From: Neocallimastix sp. 'constans' | Lineage: Eukaryota | Direction: 5' to 3' | DNA: 64,000 nt | Assembly: GCA_050613775.1 (NCBI GenBank) | Contig: JBODTK010000100.1 | Coordinates: 124,001 to 188,000, forward strand | In this document: in pieces, positions 37,982 to 63,935 of the stretch | How the letters are laid out: every line of letters starts with the position of its first letter | Numbering within the stretch: position 1 is the first letter of the stretch | The notes under the pieces: generated by a model | Told to the model about the DNA's origin: nothing | The model's database searches: none | What the model saw: only the letters and a program-made list of their open reading frames with translations | Position numbers and translations under genes: made by a program

Positions 37982-38393
37982 TTTAAATAAGTATTATTTT
38001 ATAAAATGACTTTTATACTAATATATTTAATAAGAATGATATATTATATATATTATATTTAATCAAAAAAAAAAAAAAAAAATTATTAATATTATATATT
38101 ATTATTATTATTTATAATTTGTTAATTATTATTTATTATTTAAATTATTATTAAAAGGCTTACTACAAATATAGTTAATAATTATAATAATAAATGCATA
38201 TTTTTCATTTTTATGAATGTCAATTATTATTTACTTTTTATAATATGTATACATAAATTCATTTTTCTAAATATTTAATATTATTTATAATTATATATTA
38301 TTATTATTATAATTGATAAAGAAAAATTATTATATATTGTTTATTTATTTAATATAATAATAACGAATATATTATGGTTTAAAAAGTACAGAG

Positions 38394-39237
38394 TGATATA
38401 AAACAAATATGTGTAGTAACATATTTGTATATTTAATAATAATTATTAAATATTAAATTTATATCTTTTTGATAATAATTATTTTATTTTATTTTATTTC
38501 AATATGTATTATTATAATTATAATAATTATAATACTTTAATTCATATAAAATTAATATAGTTCTATATATTAGAATATATAATTAATATATTACCTATTT
38601 CTTATAAGTAGATTAAATTATTTATATTAGAAATAGAGAACTCGCTTGTAAATTTTTAGGAATTAGAATTATTATTTTAATTGTACGAATATTATAATTT
38701 TATTAATAAAATTTAATAAACTACCATTATTTAAAACCCACTGCTTATAAATTATTGCACATAAAAGTCCCGTATATCACAGAGGATAGTACATTCATGA
38801 TGTTTTATATAGAATTTAAATCACATGTATATATTTGTGTTATGCGAGACTTTTATGTGTAATATTTTATAACCAATGGGTTTTTTTTTAATAATGGTTG
38901 TTTAGTAAAATTTATAATTATAAAAATTATAATACTTTAATTCATATAAAATTAATATAGTTCTATATATTAGAATGTATAATTAATATATTACTTATTT
39001 CTTATTAAATAATTAAATAAATAAATAAATAGAGTAAATTATTTATATTAGAAATAGAGGACTTACTTTTAAATTTTGGGCATTAAAATTAATATTTTAA
39101 TTGCACGAATATTATAATTTTATTAATAATAATATATATTGAAATAAAATAAAATAAAAAAATTAGATATAAATTTAATATTTAATAATTATTATTAAAT
39201 ATACAAATATGTTACTACACATATTTGTTTTATATCA
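38394..39237. repeat. Nested inverted/direct repeat (foldback) structure, A-B-C-loop-C'-B-A'
   Basis: Outer inverted repeat of ~110 bp, two ~200-bp direct repeats, central inverted repeat with ~70-bp arms. Confidence 0.88.
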
Positions 39238-39360
39238 TTTGTTACATATATACAAATTACATAAAATAATTAAAATAAATGATAACATATATTTATACAT
39301 CAAAAAAAAAAAAAAAAATTGTAACAACTAATTTACGTAAAACATAAATACAAATACACT

Positions 39361-41040
39361 TTAATGATAAATAATATAATCCTTAATATTATTGCTAAAG
39401 TAATGGCCTAAACGAGCATGCCATAAATTAGTATCAATATTGTTTACGTAATTTTTAGTGATTATATTATTAGTAGGAACTGTATCAAATGAGAACAAGT
39501 TTTCTTCATTAGCAACGATATTTGTAATGAGATTATTATTTTTATATATTTTTAAATGATCTTTATTATTTACGCGTTTCATAATAATATTACATCCATT
39601 TTCAAGAATGGAATGAGTAGAAATTAAATTGTTTTGAATGTTTGACGCGTAATAAACGTTTGATAATACGAAATTGTTGTTTTTAAATTTGCCTTTATAA
39701 GTACCTACATTTTTAACTTTATCTAAATCACCATTTGGATAAATAATATTTTTATTATTTATTTTACTTAAATTATTTAAATTGTTTTTATTATTAATTA
39801 TATTAATGCCCGTACCACTATCAATAATCCAATAAGTAGAATTAATATAATTTTTTATTGTTGTATTACTACAATTTTGAATGACTGAAATATTTCCTGT
39901 AAAATTAATATATACTTCATCTTCATCTTCATAATTATTTTCAGAAATAATATTATTGTTGTTTTTATTATCTTCATTTTCATTATTATCTATAATATTA
40001 CTGGAGTGATAATTATTTTTATGATATCTTTTAGAAGAATTTTTATCCTTTTTGCTGTAAAATTTATAATTTTTATTATCATTAATATCTGATTTATTTC
40101 TTTCTTTAATTAAAAGATTACATTTGTAGAGGTCAGTAGAATGACCTTTAGTTCTATAAATGTGACAATAATAGTCTTTATGAAATTTATTATTAAAATT
40201 CTTATTATAATCTTTATTATTATAATTGTTTTCATTTCTATTTATATTATTGAAATTTATGTCGTTCATGACAGTACTCTTTGATCTTAAAAATTACAGC
40301 TTTTTCAAAGAAATCATACCTTTTATTTAATTCTTTTATAAGTTCATCAAAAGTTTTTAAATTGATAAATTGGTGGTGAGTTTATACCAAATTTTATCCA
40401 ATTCATTTACAGCATATAGGAGCTTTGTAGCTTTGTCTAAAGATACTCTTTTTAATTTGTTACATTCATTTTTATGTTGCTCAAAGAGATCATTTAAGTC
40501 ATTAACATATTGAATATAATCATTATTAATTAATTTAAGATTGATAATTTTTTTATTCATATATTCAAGAATATTTAATAATGTTTGACAAGATTGATAG
40601 GAACGTCTCTTTAATCTATCAATCATTCTATAAGCAGTTTTGCATCCTCGAAGATATTCTTTATTAGATTTTTCTAAACTGTTTTATTAGAATAGATTGA
40701 GCAGCATTTTCCGATTTTATTTGACTTCTGTTCATCTTTGAAAATTGATTTTCATTCTCAATATAGGAATCTAAATCATTGACAATTAGATATCTTTTTA
40801 AAGGCTCATACCAATCTAAGAAATTTTCTTTATTTAATATGAAATCTATAATTTCAAAATCGGATTTCTTTATATTTCCATAATATTTATTAATGATAAT
40901 TCTTTTATCATTAGATTCATCCTCTTCATAAAAAGAGATCGATTCATTGTCCTTATTATCAGTTTGGAGTCGATGAACTCGAACTCTCTTCAATAAGATT
41001 AGTATTGATATTTTTTCTTTTAACCATTCTTTGAAGCATT

Positions 41041-41117
<77 letters not shown>

Positions 41118-41368
41118 TATATTTTAAAATGATTAGAATCATTAAAACGTTTTAAAAAAAATTAAAATTAATAATAGGTCTGCTGGTATTTGAGACTCCT
41201 AATCTGTTAAGGAGTCAATATAAGATATAATGTATACACTACAAAATGTATTATTATTTAATTAAATTTTATTTATTATTTATTAATTTATATGATTTAA
41301 TAAAATATTTAAAAAGACTCAAAATATTAATTTTATAAAATAATTTTCCTTTTATATTTTACTTAACA
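39361..41368 (-). mobile_element. 5' part of a Ty1/Copia element (LTR, PBS, broken gag, protease, GAG-pre-integrase), truncated
   Basis: Putative 164-bp LTR 41205-41368 with TGTTAAG/CTTAACA ends; PBS 41191-41204; gag pieces 40993-40664 and 40626-40357; ORF 40269-39361 with a decayed knuckle (CHIYRTKGHSTD), WIIDSGTG, NLIS and LWHARLGH. Confidence 0.88.
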
Positions 41369-41572
41369 AATTGTTACATAATCAAATATTATAAATATTT
41401 AAAATACTTTAATGTACAAAAGTTTAAATATTATGTTGAACATTAACATATACATATATATAAATATATATATATATTAAAATTCATTAAAATTTAAAAA
41501 AATTCAAATTAAATTGAAATAATCATATGAATAATTATTTTAAGAATAAATAAGTTATTTTTAAGTTATTTT

Positions 41573-41614
<42 letters not shown>

Positions 41615-42459
41615 TTTCATATTTAAATAAAATAAATAAAATAATCATGATAATTATAAACTTTTAAAAAAAAAATATTACTATAGAATTATATTATATA
41701 TTGTATTGTATCTTTTTAAAATATCTATTTTAACTTTAAAAAACATGCCTAAGAAAAAAATAGTAATAAAACAAAAAAATAGATGTATAATCTTATAAAA
41801 TTTAATTCTATATTATCAATTTAAAAATCTCAACAAAATTTTATTATAAATAAATTTATCTAACAGTTTTCTTATTTGTAACATTATAATTTTTAACTAA
41901 TTTTTAACTCTTTTAGATCTTTGGTATAAATATTAAATTTTTTTTTTTAAAAAAAAAATAAAATAATTAAATATTTTCAGTTAAATCATTTTTTTTTTTT
42001 TTTTTTTTAATTTTTTATTTTATTTTTATTTTTATTTTTATATATATTTTTATTTTTATTTTTATTTTTGCTTAGAGTGGATTATTATTATTTTTTTTCT
42101 TGTATTATTATTAATCCATCAAATCTTTATGTTTAATTAATTTTATTATTTATCTATTTTTTATTTTATTCATACATTTATTTATTTTTATTTATTTTTT
42201 TTTATTTCTTATTCATTTATTTTAATATTTTTCATTCATTCATTTATTTATTTATGTCAATAAGCCACAATTAGAAATAAAATTTTGATGAAATGAATGA
42301 GATTTCGTAGTTAATAAATAATTAAATAATTATATCAGTAATAATTTATGTAATTAGTAATAGGTATAATCACATGATTCACCAGCACAAACTCTTTTTT
42401 ATTATAATAATATAATTAAATACAACTCAAAATTTAACAATTACTAATTATTTCAATTT

Positions 42460-42497
<38 letters not shown>

Positions 42498-42779
42498 CAA
42501 TTTTTTAATATATTCTTTTTTTATTTTTCATTTTTAAAAAAGTAGAAATATAATAAAATTAAAAAGTCGTTCTTAAAAATAAACACATTTTCGTATATAT
42601 TTGAATAATAATAGTTAAAAAATATATATATATAAATATAAACATATAAATATATAATTTTTTTTTTATTTTTATTCATTTTTTTTTTATTTTAAACTTC
42701 ACAATTTTGAAATTTCAATTCTAATTTTTATATTTCAAAAAAAAAAAAAAAAAAAAAAAAAACTAGATTTATTCATTAA

Positions 42780-43754
42780 ATGAGTAATTTTCAAATTGAT
42801 GGCTATATCAATGCCATTGACTCATACAATTTAAATGAAATAAAGTTTTTACTAAATAATAACAATACTAATTTCAATAGTAATGACGATAGTGATAGCA
42901 ATATACACAACAAGGATATTGTTTTTGAAATATATAAAAAGGGTTTACTTACGCCAGAAAGACTACAATTCATCGTTAAAAATGATTACAGGTACTTTAA
43001 GGTGTCGTCAGCGCTCATAAAACAATTAATTAAAGATAATAGTTTGGATCTCTTCGATATTATTATTAGTAATTTCAGGTACTATGACAATGAATTTATT
43101 TTAAAACTACTTTTATTAAACTATAAAAATAGGATGCCCTTATCTACTTCCGAACTTAGGAAAAGCGTTGAGCATTACACCTTAACCACCCAAAGCAATC
43201 AAAAAGGCATTACTTACTATTACAAACGCTCCAGTTTTGACTATTTAATTAATGCTTGTAACCATGGTAACTTCCTTTTAGTTAAATATCTAATTAATCA
43301 TGGTGTCGAAGTTCATAAGCAAGATATATGGGGCGACACCCCTTTGTTTTATGCTTGTACCAGCGGTAATATTAATTTAGTCAAATATTTGGTGGAAGAA
43401 AAGGGTGCAGATGTTCATAAGGAATCTGCTGGTTGTAGAACCCCTTTGTTTAGGGCTTGTTACAGTGGTAATGAACGTTTAGTAAAATATTTAGTGGAAG
43501 AAAAGGGTGCAGATGTATTTAAAGAGAATGTTCGTGGGGAAACACCATTATTTAGGGCGTGTGAAAGTGGTTGTGAGTCATTAGTTCGATATTTAGTAGA
43601 GGAAAAGGGTACCGATGTACATAAAGAGGACAAATTCGGCAAAACGCCTTTATTTTGGGCTCGTGAAAGTGGCAATAAAAATTTAGTTAAATATCTCATA
43701 GAGGAAAAGGGCGCCACTATTAAAAATAGAAAAAGTCGAAGTCGTTGGTCATGA
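42780..43754 (+). CDS. Ankyrin repeat protein
   Basis: 324-aa ORF with about five TPLFxACxSGNxxLVKYLVEEKGADV repeats. Confidence 0.93.
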   Translation: MSNFQIDGYINAIDSYNLNEIKFLLNNNNTNFNSNDDSDSNIHNKDIVFEIYKKGLLTPERLQFIVKNDYRYFKVSSALIKQLIKDNSLDLFDIIISNFRYYDNEFILKLLLLNYKNRMPLSTSELRKSVEHYTLTTQSNQKGITYYYKRSSFDYLINACNHGNFLLVKYLINHGVEVHKQDIWGDTPLFYACTSGNINLVKYLVEEKGADVHKESAGCRTPLFRACYSGNERLVKYLVEEKGADVFKENVRGETPLFRACESGCESLVRYLVEEKGTDVHKEDKFGKTPLFWARESGNKNLVKYLIEEKGATIKNRKSRSRWS

Positions 43755-43806
43755 AGATAAAACCAATATTTTTACCACCTATATCTAATATTTAATTAGC
43801 CTGTGA

Positions 43807-43847
<41 letters not shown>

Positions 43848-45919
43848 GGGGGGGAGGAGGAATTGGAATTTTTTATTATATTGAGAAAATTGAACATTTA
43901 CTGGAAATATTTAAGAGAAAATAAAAAAAAATATTAAATGAATGTAAAAGGTGTAGTTTTATAAGGAAGTGATAATTAAGTAGAATATTATAATAATAAT
44001 AATAATATTTTTTTATTTATTTATTAATTTATTTTTACCTTTTTACCATTTATAAAAAGTTATCATCAAGCTTATTATTTTATTGTTATTATTTGTTAAT
44101 TGTATTCATAAATTATAATAATAAATAAATAAATAATTAATTACTACATAAATATAGAAATTAGTATACAGATGAATAAATAAATTCACATATATTAATA
44201 TATAAATAAAATAATGAAATATTAGTATTTTTTTTAATTATAAATCCATTTTAATATAAATAAAAAAATAAAAAAAAAAAAAGGAAAAATTGAGAGAAAC
44301 GTTTATAATATATATATATTAAAAAATTAAAAATAAAATTATAAAAATGGAAAATCACACTTATGTCTCCATCATTTTAATATATTCTTTTTTAAACAGT
44401 CATTGATAATAATGATATTAATGAAATAAAGTATTAAAGCATAAAGAAAATATAGAATAAAAATATTATTTTAGAGATATATAATAAGAATTTGTATACT
44501 CCTCAACGAATGGAAGTTTTTATCATTAATAATTTTTTTCTCCTTAATAATAATAATAGTAAAAAAAAAAAAAAAAAAGTTAATACACATAGAAATTATG
44601 ACCTATAAGATATTGTTTTTAATCATATAATACTTATACCTTTTTTTTTTTTTTTTTTTGAATAATGAAATGATATTAATATTGTTCATAAAATATAAAG
44701 AATGAAACACAAATACTGTTTTTAACCAATTAATTTTTAATAAAAAAAAAATAAAAATAAAATAAAATAAAATTTTAGTTGAACTTGAAGCAGATATAAT
44801 TAAATAAAATAAATATGAGAAATATTCAGAATTATTAATTAACTACAAACAATATAATAAATAAAATAAAATAAAATAATAAAAATAAAATAATAAAAAA
44901 TTAAAATAAAATAAAATTAGTTATAAAAATAAATAAAATAAATAATAAATAAATATTTATTTATTGATGAAATATTAAATAATCAAATAAAAAGACTTTT
45001 TTATTTATCTATTCATACATTTTCTACTAAATAATACTTTAATTAATTTAATCCGTTTAATAAAAAAAAAAATAAATAAATAAATAAATAAAAAATAAAA
45101 ATAAAAAATTAAAATTATATTGGAAAAATATAAATTTTAAGCATTACGTCTTATTTTTATTTTTAATTCACATTTTTAATAGATTTAATATTAGAAAAAA
45201 AAAATTATAAATAGATAAGCAATTTTTTTTTAATTAATTTTTTTTTTTTATTTTTTTAAAGTTTCAAAAAAAAAAAAAAGTTTAGATATTTTAATCTTTA
45301 ATTTTTTTTATTAATTTTAATTTTATTAAGATGCCCAGCTTATGAATAGTATATGAATTACAAATTTTATAATCTAAGATTGTATATAATATTATGAACA
45401 TTATGAGCAAATTTACTTTATATTCGGAGACATTAACTATATAATAATATAATCATAAAAATATTAAATTTTAATAAAAATAAACTTTATTTTAAGCAAA
45501 AAGAAACAGGAAAAATAAAAAAAATAAAATAAAATAAAATAAAAAAATAAAATTAAAATAAAATTTAAAAAAATAAAAAATAAAAATAAATAAAAAAAAA
45601 AGATAATTTAAAGAAATTATAATTTTTATCTTTTTTTAATATTTATTATCATATTTTTTTTAAAAAAAATTAATATACAAATATTTAAATAAAATTATTT
45701 TTTTTTTTATTATTTATTTTTTTTTTTTTTATATTTGTTAACTTATCTTTGCAAACAAAAAAAAATAAGAAGAAATAAAAAAAAATTAAAAATTAAAAAA
45801 AGAAAAATTCTAGCTTAAAAAGATTTTACTTTAAGTATCTTTTATAAATTTATTTATTTTTTTTTTCTTTTTTTTTTTTATATAAAATACAATTATATAA
45901 AATACAACTTCATGGAAAA

Positions 45920-49955
<4,036 letters not shown>

Positions 49956-49967
49956 ATAAAATAAAAA

Positions 49968-50020
<53 letters not shown>

Positions 50021-50149
50021 AAAAAATAAATAAATAAATAATTAAATAATTAAATAATTAAATAATAATTAAATAATTATACAGAAATATTATTATTTAT
50101 TTCATTTTCTATTGGAAATGTAAATTTTATTTAAATTTTTTTTGTTATT

Positions 50150-50530
50150 AAACTTAGAGCAGAAACAAATAAAGAAAATTAGGAAGGAGGAAATGCAAAG
50201 TATATTATAGTGGAAATGAAGATAATAGTAAGATATTTAATGGAACTTTAGAGAAGATATAAATAAAGAAAAATATGAGTGGTGAAATGCTATTATTTAT
50301 TTATTTGTTTATTTGTTTATTTATTTTTTTATTTTTTGTTTTTTTTTATTGTTTTTTGTTTTTTGACAAGTTATAGTGGAAATGAAGATTTAGTGAAATA
50401 TTTAATTGAACTTGGAACAGACATAAATAAAGAAAATGAGAATGAAAGAACATTATTATTTATTGTATATTTATAGTGAAAATGAAAATTTGGTGAAATA
50501 TTTAGTTGAACTTGAGCAGATATAATTAAA
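50150..50530 (+). pseudogene. Ankyrin repeat gene relic
   Basis: YSGNEDLVKYLIELGTDINKENENERTLLF plus two flanking decayed repeats with stops. Confidence 0.8.
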
Positions 50531-50683
50531 TAAAATAAATATGAGAAATATTCAGAATTGTTAATTAATTAACATTTTTCTCAAGAATCATAAATAATCA
50601 TCTAAATTCATTATATTTATATATATATATTTATTTATTTATTTATTTCATAATATTTATAATGCCAATGACATAACTTTAAA

Positions 50684-51104
50684 TTTTTTTTTAACGACCG
50701 TAGCAGGACTTCTCCCCAGCTTCACATCCGTAAATACATAATGGTTTATTACTGGAGCCTTTATCTAACTTCCTACTTAGTAGGTGGGGCTGTCCCTGCT
50801 GGACTGCCTTTCAGTTCTTCTGCATTGGCTCTCCTTACTTAAATTTTTCATATGTCACCATATGTTTTGTATCTCCTCATAAGAAACTTTCCATACATAC
50901 TCAACCCTCTCAGACCTGCAAGAAGTGTAAATTGATGAAAGTTGAATTATTGTTATAGAGGTATCAAATGGGTATATTTACCTGAAAACCTTAACCACCT
51001 AATAACGAAAAACCAGTAGAAAAAACGCTGCAGGTATAGGGTGGGATAGAACCAGGAACCTTATGCTCTCAAAACATATGTCTTAACAGCCAGGATAAAA
51101 CCTG
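50684..51104 (-). mobile_element. Candidate tRNA-derived SINE (~420 bp)
   Basis: Minus-strand tRNA-like head 51104-51031 with acceptor and anticodon stems and B box GGTTCTATCCC; GC-richer body; A9 tail at 50692-50684. Confidence 0.6.
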
Positions 51105-53088
51105 GAACGGCTAACTTTTGATACGGTACCACACTAAAAACAGATTATTAGAAATAGTTTTAAAAATTAGTTAGAATAATGATTGGTAGATAAATAAATT
51201 AGACTAAATAGTTAGATACATATTTTGATAATTAATTAGGAATTAAATGGAGAGTTCTTTGTTATATTAGAGGAAATATATAATAAAGATACTTCAAAAT
51301 AACAGGTTCATTATTACAGAATATAATAGTTGATAAAGTAATAAATATTAATTCTTAAGTGTATAATTAGATAGTTAGTGAGAAAGATAATAATAAATAT
51401 ATAACTTGTATTTTTATATTTTTGTAAACATTGAGAATTATGTAATAAAAACAAATAAAGAAATAAGAATAAATAAAGACAAATCTTTAAGTTTAAATTA
51501 TATATTTAGATTTATACATTATGTGTTATTATTATTTATTAGAATATATTATTTTGTCAATAATTCCCTTCTGACAACATCCAAACAAATAAAATTATTT
51601 AGACACACCTTTAAAAATAAAAGTTACGTATCACTTTTGATGAAGAGTGAAATTATAAATTCAAATATTATAATAAAATTTACTTAAAAATTAATTTTTA
51701 ACCATAAATTATATTAAATTATCTGAACCTTAAATAATTCACCTTAATGAAATTAAAATTAAAAATCAATCGTGATCTTCTAGAAAAATATTGTAACAAT
51801 TTTAAAAGACAACTTTTAATAATCTTATTTTTATCAACGATATTATTTCTTTATTTTCTTTATTGTTATTCTTTTATTTCTTTATCATTCCTTTATTTCT
51901 ATAATCAAATATAATTATTCTTTTATTTCTTTTAATATAATATATTTATTCTTTTATTTCTTTTTCTTACCACAATTATAAATACTTTAAATTTATGTAA
52001 AAATATAAATACCTGTAAATATTTCTTTTAATTATTCGTCGTTGTTTAAATTATTAAATTAATAAAATAATAAATAATAACCAAAATAAAACAAAATAAA
52101 TTCAATTAGATAATTTATTTATAAAAATTAATAAAGATGAATAATAATTATTTAACATTATAATTAAATAAATATTAAATAAAATAGCTTAATACAATTA
52201 CAAAATTTAGCTATAGTTTAGGATAGTTTAGAAATATTAGAATAAATTAATAGTAAAAAAAAATTTTTCTATAAAATGATTATACTAAATAATTAATAAT
52301 TAATAAAAATTTATTATATATAAAATTATTATAAACAAAGTTAATAATAGAAATTTAATAGTAAAACTTTAATAAAAAAAATAAAAATTGATAATTCATT
52401 TAATGTGTAATTAAATAATTATTAATTTAGTTAATAAAAATTATTTATAATTATTAGAATAGTTATTAAACTAGAAAATAAATAATAATAAATAATAATA
52501 AATAATAAAAAATAAAAAATAATTAAATAAAAAGACCTTTTTATTTCTCTATTCATTCATTTTATACTAAATAATACTTTAATTTTAGTCCGTTTAATAA
52601 TAATAATAAAAAAAAATAAATAAATAATAAAAAAAAAAAAAAAATTAAACCGAAAATTATAAATATAATTATAATGGAAAAATATAAATTATAAGTATTA
52701 TGTCTTATTTCTATTTTTAGTTTACATTTTTAATAGATTTAATATTAGGAAAAAAAAAAAAAGTTTCAAAAAATAAAAAAAAGCAGGAAAAATAAATAAA
52801 TAAAATTAAAAAATAAAATTTAAAAAAATAAAAAAAATAATAATAAAAAAAATTAAAATTTTTATCATACAAAAAAAAAAAATAATAATAAAAAAAAATT
52901 TTATCATATTTATTTAAAAAATAATTAATATACATATATATATAAAACATATAAAAAAAATTTTTTTTTTTTTTTATATTTGAAGGCTATCTTTACAACC
53001 AAAAAAAAATAAAAAAAAATAAAAAAAATACTAGCTTATAAAGGTTTTACTTTAAGACTCTTCTATAAATTTATTTTTTTATAGAAAA

Positions 53089-57050
<3,962 letters not shown>

Positions 57051-57212
57051 AGAAATAAAAATAAAAATAAAAATAAAAATAAACAAAAATAAAAATATAA
57101 AAAAAAGAAAAAATAAAATAAACAAAAATAAAAATATAAAAAAAAGAAAAAATAAAATAAACAAAAATAAAAATATAAAAAAAAGAAAAAATAAAATAAA
57201 CAAAAATAAAAA

Positions 57213-57255
<43 letters not shown>

Positions 57256-57502
57256 TAAAAAAAAAATAAAAATATGAAAAAAAAGAAAAATAAAATAAAC
57301 AAAAAAAAAAAAAAAAAAAAAAAAAACATAAATTTAATTCATAAAACTCATAGATAAATATTTATCTATGGTTTAATATATTGATATTATAAAGTATAAA
57401 TTTATTATTAAGATTTATTTTATTTATTATAATAAAAGTCATCATTTATTTATATTATTTATTTCTTTTTTTTTTTTATAAATTGGTCAATTTTTATAAG
57501 TA

Positions 57503-57533
<31 letters not shown>

Positions 57534-57539
57534 TTATAT

Positions 57540-57755
57540 TGATAAAGCCCAAAACATAATTGTGGTTAAATGTGAGGGAGCTACATCAAAAACTACAACA
57601 GTTTCTAATTGTCTTTCTTTATTTCATTCAAGTACTGTAAGTCTCTATTACATACAATTTCAAAAAAAACTTTTAAAAACATAATATAAATGCATATGTT
57701 TCAATAATGTCAACCAAATGATTACCTGTACTACCAATGATTGTACTACAGGTTT
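57540..57755 (+). pseudogene. Possible relic of a Cys-containing protein exon
   Basis: Coding-like island (IDKAQNIIVVKCEGATS, NNVNQMITCTTNDCTTG) with a broken frame. Confidence 0.3.
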
Positions 57756-57866
57756 AGGAATAATTTAATCTTAATAATTGTATGAATATATTGATACAAA
57801 ATTTTTTAATTTCTACCTTTGTAAATATTTTTTTTTTTTCATTATTATTAGTTTTATTTTTAATTC

Positions 57867-58150
<284 letters not shown>

Positions 58151-58384
58151 TTATTTTTTTATTTTTTTTATTTAAAATAAAATAAAGTGGAATAATAAAA
58201 TAAAATGATGAAAAATATTATGTATAATATATTATTACACACAACCCAAAAAAAAAAAATATAAAAGATTTATTGATTTTTTTTTTTTTTTCTAGAATAA
58301 TAAGGATAAAAAACGTTTTCAAAAGCAATTATAATATTTATTAGATACAGAAAAGTAGCATTATCATTTAATGGAACTTATTAA

Positions 58385-58425
<41 letters not shown>

Positions 58426-59898
58426 AAAAGAAAAAATAAATAAAAATAAACTTTATTTTATTAATTTTTTTTTTAGAACTTTTTTTTTTAATTATCAAAA
58501 ATCTCATATAAGTTAAGTATATATCTTAATAACAAATTATATAATTATTTTAAAGTTTTATTGTAATTTCATGAAATTACATAAAATTTAATAATGAAAT
58601 ACTTTTCAATAAATTTTAGTTTAAAAAAATAATGGTAATTTATTATAATAATTTATTTTATGAAAATTTATTTATTAGATTTTTTTGGTAAATAAATAAT
58701 CTTAAAATAAATGTATTATATAAAAATGATAATGAATATTTATTTAAAATAAAATTTTTAATAATAATTATTTTTATAAACTTTATTATCATCATATTTA
58801 TTATTATTAATTATTATTACTACTATTATTAATTATTATTGTTTTATATATATTTTAATAATTCTTATTATAATAATATTTGACTTTCTTTTTTTTTTCA
58901 TTTTTTCGTTCTTAAATATCTTTCATTTTTAGAATTAATAATTACAATCAGATAATAAATATTGTATAAATTAAAATTATATAATTAAAAGGAAAAAGAA
59001 TGTTAACTTTTATACATATTATTTAAATTTTTTATACATATTATTTAAATTTTTTATACATATTATTTAAATTTTTTAAAGTTACAAAATTATGTATATA
59101 AATAATCATCAAAATTCATTGAACTTTTATATATATATTATTTCATAATATTTATAATCTTATTTATTATAAAATATTACTACATACAATACAGGAAAAA
59201 AAATAATAATAAAAATAAATAAATAAATCCTTATTTATCGATTAAAAAAAACTTTTTATTTCTTTATTCATTCATTTTCTACTAAATAATATTTTAATTA
59301 ATTTAATACTTTTAATATAAATAAAAATAAAAAAAATAAAAATAAAAAAAAAAAAAAAATTAAAATTATAATGGAAATATAAATTATAAGTTTTTATTTT
59401 TTTTTTTATTTTTATTTTTTTTTTTTTTTTTTTTTTTAGTTCTCATTTCATTTTTGATAGATTTAATATTAGGAAGGAAAAAAATTATATATAGATAACT
59501 AACCTTATTTTTTTAAGTTTCAAAAAAAATAAAAAAAAAAAAAAAACGGAAAAATAAATAAATAAAATTAAAGGTAGAATTAAAAGTAAAAAAAAATAAA
59601 AAAAATAATTTAAAGAAATTAAAATTTTTATCATTCAAAAAAAATATATATATATATTTTAATAAAAAAATTTTTTTTTTATATTTGTAACCTATCTTTA
59701 CAACCAAAAAAAAAAAAAAATATTACATTTAAGATTCTTAAATTGATTTGATACTAAAAAAGAAATAATAATAAAAAAATATTATATTAAAAAGATTTTA
59801 CTTTAAGTATCTTCTAAGTATCTTCTATAAATTTATTTATTTTTTCTTTTTTTTTTTTTTTTTTTTTTTTTAAATATAAAATACAACTTCATGGAAAA

Positions 59899-63935
<4,037 letters not shown>

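Noticed and set aside
38394..38400. Foldback ends TGATATA/TATATCA equal the Gypsy LTR termini
   Set aside because: A 7-bp AT-rich match with no further LTR similarity; likely coincidence.
50694..50835. GC-rich island as an rRNA fragment, group II intron domain V or hammerhead ribozyme
   Set aside because: No conserved motif of those RNAs could be matched; better explained as the body of the SINE candidate.
51031..51104. Functional tRNA gene
   Set aside because: The T-stem and D-arm are mismatched and the T-loop reads TTCTA; treated as a tRNA-derived head.
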